Below are positions 49,043 to 64,000 of a stretch of 64,000 nucleotides of DNA, in pieces. Under the pieces are notes generated by a model. It was not told where the DNA came from. It was given only the letters and a program-made list of their open reading frames with translations, and made no database searches. This DNA is from the human T2T-CHM13v2.0 reference genome, Homo sapiens: the NCBI RefSeq assembly GCF_009914755.1, contig NC_060940.1. The stretch is one strand, 5' to 3'. The position numbers were made by a program, and so were the translations under genes. Position 1 is the stretch's first letter; each line of letters opens with the position of its first letter.

Positions 49043-49445
49043 CTACCCGAGACACCTTAGGAGATTTGTAATAGCTGTAATGCCAGGTCCACCATATTTT
49101 TAGCATAAAGCAAATGTTTACCCATGATATGACTGCATAGGCTTTCAGCTGGAGCCATAGTAACTCAAGTAGTAACCATATCTTACTCTGATTAAAAGTA
49201 AATATTAGTCTGGGCATGGTGGGACATGCCTGTAATCCCAGTACTTTGGGAGGCTGAGACAGAAGCATTGCTTGAGCCCAGGAGTTTGAGATCAGCCTGG
49301 GCAACATGGAAAAACACCATCTCTACAAAAAATACAAAAATTAGCTGAGCGTGGTGGCACACACCTGTAGTCCCAGCACCTTGGGAGGGTGAGGCAGGAG
49401 GATCTCTTGAACCCAGGAGGTGGAGGCCGCAGTGAGCAGTGATCA

Positions 49446-50307
<862 letters not shown>

Positions 50308-50941
50308 ATCATGCCACTGCACTCCAGCCTGGGCAACAGAGCAAGGCCCTGTCTCAAAACAAAAAAAAGTAATATGACTTAATACATTCATTTTGGAGGG
50401 TAAGTCTCTCAAAATAGGCCTTTCACTGGGGGAAAATGGTAAAAATACTCCCTGGTAATTCAAGAATTGCAGACTCCTGAGATGCTGCTCATATCAGCTG
50501 AACACTTACCAATACTTCACTTTCTTCCATATATACTCAAGGAACAAGTGCTATTTAAAGTGTTTCACTCTGCTGTGCTAGGTGCAAGACTATAAAGAGG
50601 TGTGAGGATCAACACTTTTATGAAAACCAATGTCATTCTGAATATAGTTTCAGATGCTAGTGCAAAGGAAGTTCTTGGTATATGGAAGAAGTATTCAACA
50701 ATAAATTAGGCATGGTTGCTTCCATTTTCTGCCTCACATACTTTTTTTTCGTGGTTAAAGTGATACAATGTCTATGATATTTTAGATTGGCAGTTGCAAA
50801 CTAGTGGTCCTCAGCGTGCTTTTTATGACACCTACAAGGTTTGAAGACTTTGATTTCATATTAAAAATCTGGGTTTCAGGCTGGGTGTGGTGTTGCACTT
50901 CTGTAATCCCAGCACTTTGGGAGGCTAAGGTGGGTGGATCA

Positions 50942-51193
<252 letters not shown>

Positions 51194-51314
51194 TCAGGCC
51201 AGGTGTGGTGGTGCACTCCTGCAATCCCAGCACTTTGGGAGGCTGAGATGGGCAGACAGCTTGAGCTCAGGAATTCCAGACTAGTCTGGGCAACATGGCG
51301 AAACCGCATGTCTA

Positions 51315-51515
<201 letters not shown>

Positions 51516-51584
51516 TCAAAAAAAAAAAAAAAAAAAAGGAAAGGTCAGGGCTGCTACAGTCCTCTATTAAGCAATGTGCCACAG

Positions 51585-51974
51585 CAGGGGTCCCTAATCC
51601 CTGGGCCATGGACATGTACTGGTCTGTGGCCTGTTAGGAACTGGGCCACAGAGCAGGAGGTGAATGGTGGGTAACAATTGAAGCTTCGTCTGTATTTCTG
51701 GCCGCTCCCCATTGCTTGCATTGCTGCCTGAGCTCTGCCTCCTGTCAGATCAGCAGCATCATTAGATTCTTACAGGAGCATGAACCCTGTTGTGAACTGC
51801 ACACACGAGGGATCCAGGTTGCATATTCCTTATGAGAATCTAATTCCTGATGATTTGTGGTGGAACAGTTTCATCCCAAGACCATTACCATCCTGCGCCC
51901 CATCCCTTGCCGCCTGTGGAAAAACTGTCTTCCGCAAAGCCGGTCCCTGGTGCCAAAAATGTGGGGGACTGCTG
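51585..51974. mobile_element. MER1 (hAT-Charlie) DNA transposon
   Basis: caggggtccc...ggtccctggtgccaaaaa...ggggactgctg termini. Confidence 0.8.
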
Positions 51975-52606
51975 TGCTTTAGAATCTGCCATTAATCTGC
52001 AGCCTCTATTATATAGTTCCCTATAGACTTTGCTTCCTACCGTCTTACATTCTGCCTTATAGGCATCTGAGTTTGCAACCCTTGTTTTTGTCAGTATGCT
52101 ACGCTGGTGACATTGACCAAATTGACCACACATTAATGATAAGCTTAGTTGGTGATGACCTCAATGGAATAACGTGACATAAGTATTGTGACAATACTTC
52201 TTGCATGTATCTGCAGGTGGAATTGTAAACCTGGTGGTCCGAGATGGTCTAACTCGATCTTGCTATGTATCTCCTTATATTAATAGTGATAACATTTGTG
52301 GTGGTGATTCAGCGTTTCAGTGCCTCTTCTCATGGCAACAACAAACGTTTTCCTTCTGAATCAACATTAACCTAGATGTTACTGCGGATCAGAATTAGAC
52401 TCTACATTTTCAACCACAGAAATATTGGGCAGTAAAAATTTTTCTTAATATTGATTGCCCACATACATTGTGTAATTAGCATATGTTTATAGTTCTATGA
52501 TTTGTGCGTGGCTGCTACAGAGCTGGAGGGGGTAAAGCAACAGTGTTTTCTCAGTTGTGCGAGCAGCATTACATTATAATGAATAGGTAATATTAAACTG
52601 GGCTGA

Positions 52607-54150
52607 TAAGAGTTGCAAAAGACTACTTTAATGTTCATATGCAACCAAAAAAGAGCCCGCATTGCCAAGACAATCCTAAGCCCAAAGAACAAAGCTGGAG
52701 GCATCATGCTACCTGACTTCAAACTATACTACAAGGCTACAGTAACCAAAACAGCATGGTACTGGTACCAAAACAGACATATAGACCAATGGAACAGAAC
52801 AGAGCCCTCAGAAATAATACCACACATCTACAACTATCTGATCTTTGACGAACCTGACAAAAACAAGAAATGGGGAAAGGATTTCCTATTTAATAAATGG
52901 TGCTGGGAAAACTGGCTAGCCATATGTAGAAAGCTGAAACTGGATCCCTTCCTTACACCTTATACAAAAATCAATTCAAGATGGATTAAAGACTTAAACG
53001 TTAGACCTAAAACCATAAAAACCCTACAAGAAAACCTAGGCAATACCACTCAGGACATAGGCATGGGCAAGGACTTCATGTCTAAAACACCAAAAGCAAT
53101 GGCAACAAAAGCCCAAACTGACAAATGGGATCTGATTAAACTAAAGAGCTTCTGCATAGCAAAAGAAACTACCATCAGAGTGAACAGGCAACATACAGAA
53201 TGGGAGAAAACTTTTATAATCTACCCATCTGACAAAGGGCTAATATCCAGAATCTACAAATAACTTAAACAAATTTACAAGAAAAAAATCAAACCACCCC
53301 ATCAAAAAGTGGGCAAAGGATATGAACAGACACTTCTCAAAAGAAGACATTTATGCAGCCAACAGACACATGAAAAAAATGCTCATCATCACTGGCCATC
53401 AGAGAAATGCAAATCAAAACCACAATGAGATACCATCTCATGCCAGTTAGAATGGCAATCATTAAAAAGTCAGGAAACAACAGGTGCTGGAGAGGATGTG
53501 GAGAAACAGGAACACTTTTACACTGTTGGTGGGACTGTAAACTAGTTCAACCATTGTGGAAGTCAGTATGGCGATTCCTCAAGGATCTAGAACTAGAAAT
53601 ACCATTTGACCCAGCCATCCTATTGCTGGGTATATGCCCAAAGGATTAGAAATCATGCCGCTATAAAGACACATGCACACATATGTTTATTGCGGCACTA
53701 TTCACAATAGCAAAGACTTGGAACCAACCCAAATGTCCATCAATGATAGACTGGGTTAAGAAAACGTGGCAATTATACACCATGGAATACTATGCAGCCA
53801 TAAAAACGGATGAGTTCATGTCCTTTGTAGGAACATGGATGAAGCTGGAAACCATCATTCTGAGCAAACTATCGCCAGGACAGAAAATCAAACACCGCAT
53901 GTTCTCACTCATAGGTGGGAATTGAACAATGAGAACACTTGGACACAGAGCAGGGAACATCACACACTGGGGCCTGTCATGGGGTGGGGGAAGCGGGGAG
54001 GGATAGCATTAGGAGATATACCTGATGTAAATGACGAGTTAATGGGTGCAGCACACCAACGTGGCACATGTATACATATGTAACAAACCTGCACGTTGTG
54101 CACATGTACCCTAGAACTTAAAGTGTAATAAAAATAAATAAATAAATAAA
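52607..54150 (+). mobile_element. 5'-truncated L1PA (ORF2 C-terminus, 3'UTR, A-rich tail)
   Basis: ORF fragments [26 protein letters not shown]..., [14 protein letters not shown]; L1 3'UTR; diverged TSD aaa(c/t)tgggctgat; stops and frameshifts present. Confidence 0.95.
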
Positions 54151-54455
54151 TTGGGCTGATGAGTCATATTACAGTAATCCAATATTTCCCTTGTAAAGTC
54201 CCTGAGGTTTACAGAAGGAAATCTTTTCTAATAACAAGAAGAGTGAGGCATGTGCTTTGGTCTTTATTTCCTAGCTATACGATCCTGGGTAAGGAGCTCA
54301 ACTTTTCTCTGCCAAAATTAAATGAGGATTGAATGAGATCATATATGTGAAGTTGTGAAAGACAGTGCCTGGCACATAGTAGGATCAATCAATGTTAGTA
54401 TCTCTAAAATAGAGATTGAGTCTGAAGATCCACAAAGTGGTAGAACCGATCTTAA

Positions 54456-54983
<528 letters not shown>

Positions 54984-55677
54984 TAAATAGTTTTAAGGGG
55001 GAGAAGAAAGAAAAAGACTGATTTTCTTCCCTTCCACTACCAAAACAGGCAAAACACACCGGAACACTTTGCTTAGCATTTCTTTTCTTTTCTTTTCTTT
55101 TTTTGAGAAAGAGTCTCCCTCTGTCAGCCAGGGTGGAGTGCAGTGGGGCGATCTTGGTTCACTTCAAGCTCCACCTCCTGGGTTCAGGCCACTCTCCTGC
55201 CTCAGCCTCCTGAGTAGCTGGGACTACAGGTGCCCGCCACCACGCCCGGCTAATTTTTTGTATTTTCAGTAGAGACGGGATTTCACCGTGTTAGCCAGGA
55301 TGGTCTGGATCTCCTGACCTCTTGATCCGCCCGCCTCTGGGCGGCCACTGGTTGTGTGTAAAGCTCCCGGATGACTCTAATGTGCAGTGGGGAGTGAGAA
55401 CCCTTGTAGTGGAAAACCGAGAGTCACAAGACATCAAAATATAGGAATTCCAGCCTGGCCAACGTGGCAAAACCCCATTTCTACAAAAAATGCAAAAATT
55501 AATCCGGTGTGGTGGCTCATGCCTGTGGTCCCAACTCCTCGGGGGCTGAGGTGGGAAGATCACTTGAGCCCAGGAGGTCAAGGCTGCAGTGAGCCATGAT
55601 CGCACCACTGCACTCCAGCCTGGGTGACAGAGCAAGACCCTGTCTCAACAACAACAAAAAAGGAATTCAGGTGATGA

Positions 55678-56014
<337 letters not shown>

Positions 56015-56191
56015 TGATTCTGGTAAGTTACATGGGAATGCTAATCTACCTAAATTTAGCCCAAAAGAAAAGAAAATGCCCCTCCAAAAAGAGCTGCTAA
56101 TAACTCTAGGAGAATGGAGTATCATAAGGGCAAGCTAATCTACCCAGCAGCCCCAGAACAAAAGCAAGGGATGTCCACCGAGCCTGGTTAC

Positions 56192-63550
<7,359 letters not shown>

Positions 63551-64000
63551 CTGCAAATGACAAAAAATAACACATGTAATTAGACGGACATGGGATATGA
63601 AGAAGTGGTTTTCACCAGGGGCTGTGGAGGTCTGTGAACACGGATGTCAGGCAAAGTCACCTGCCACTTGGTGGTTTCTAAGTTCAGCCACCTGTTTTTG
63701 TATTTCAACATCTGGAAATATTCACCAATCTTTCATTTAAAAGTTACATGTAGTAATTCAAGAAAAGCAGTTTCTAATAAGACACGGAAATCTGTTGTAT
63801 TTGCAATGTAAGTCTGTCTTTCATTCAAAAGCTACTGAGTATAAACACGTGCAAGGCACAGTACCGAACACTAGGGGAGACCAACGACAAATGACAGGAT
63901 GCAGCACGCTCAAGAGCTGGTGATAAGAGCACAGTACTGCCACTCATCACCTGCAGGACCACGGATAAGTCACTTCATCTGCCAGTCACCAGCTATGTAA

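Noticed and set aside
52613-53925. 216-aa and two 80-aa ORFs
   Set aside because: Broken fragments of L1 ORF2 in a 5'-truncated, inactive element.

Overview
Primate (very likely human) segmental-duplication mosaic resembling the chr16q22 CLEC18A / NPIPB14P / PDXDC2P locus; the locus and paralog names are recalled from known sequences, not searched. On the + strand is the 3' part of a CLEC18 C-type lectin gene, followed by a ~6.89-kb direct tandem duplicate of its 3' exons (late CAP exon to poly(A) site). The junction carries a short, 5'-truncated Alu matching the AluYa5 consensus as I recall it. Next come an orphan CpG island, Alu/LTR-rich DNA and an isolated PLA2G10 catalytic exon. On the - strand is a complete LCR16a NPIP gene with an uninterrupted 292/311-aa spliced ORF, an almost unexpanded last-exon VNTR and an Alu-derived C-terminus. 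It has three candidate start exons (ACSM1-derived MVKL, MFCC, and a signal-peptide exon one base out of frame) and a leftover ACSM1 terminal exon. Four PDXDC1-like exons of a 3'-truncated paralog point into NPIP. Exon boundaries were read by eye from GT/AG sites and reading frame. Repeat subfamily calls come from remembered consensus sequences.
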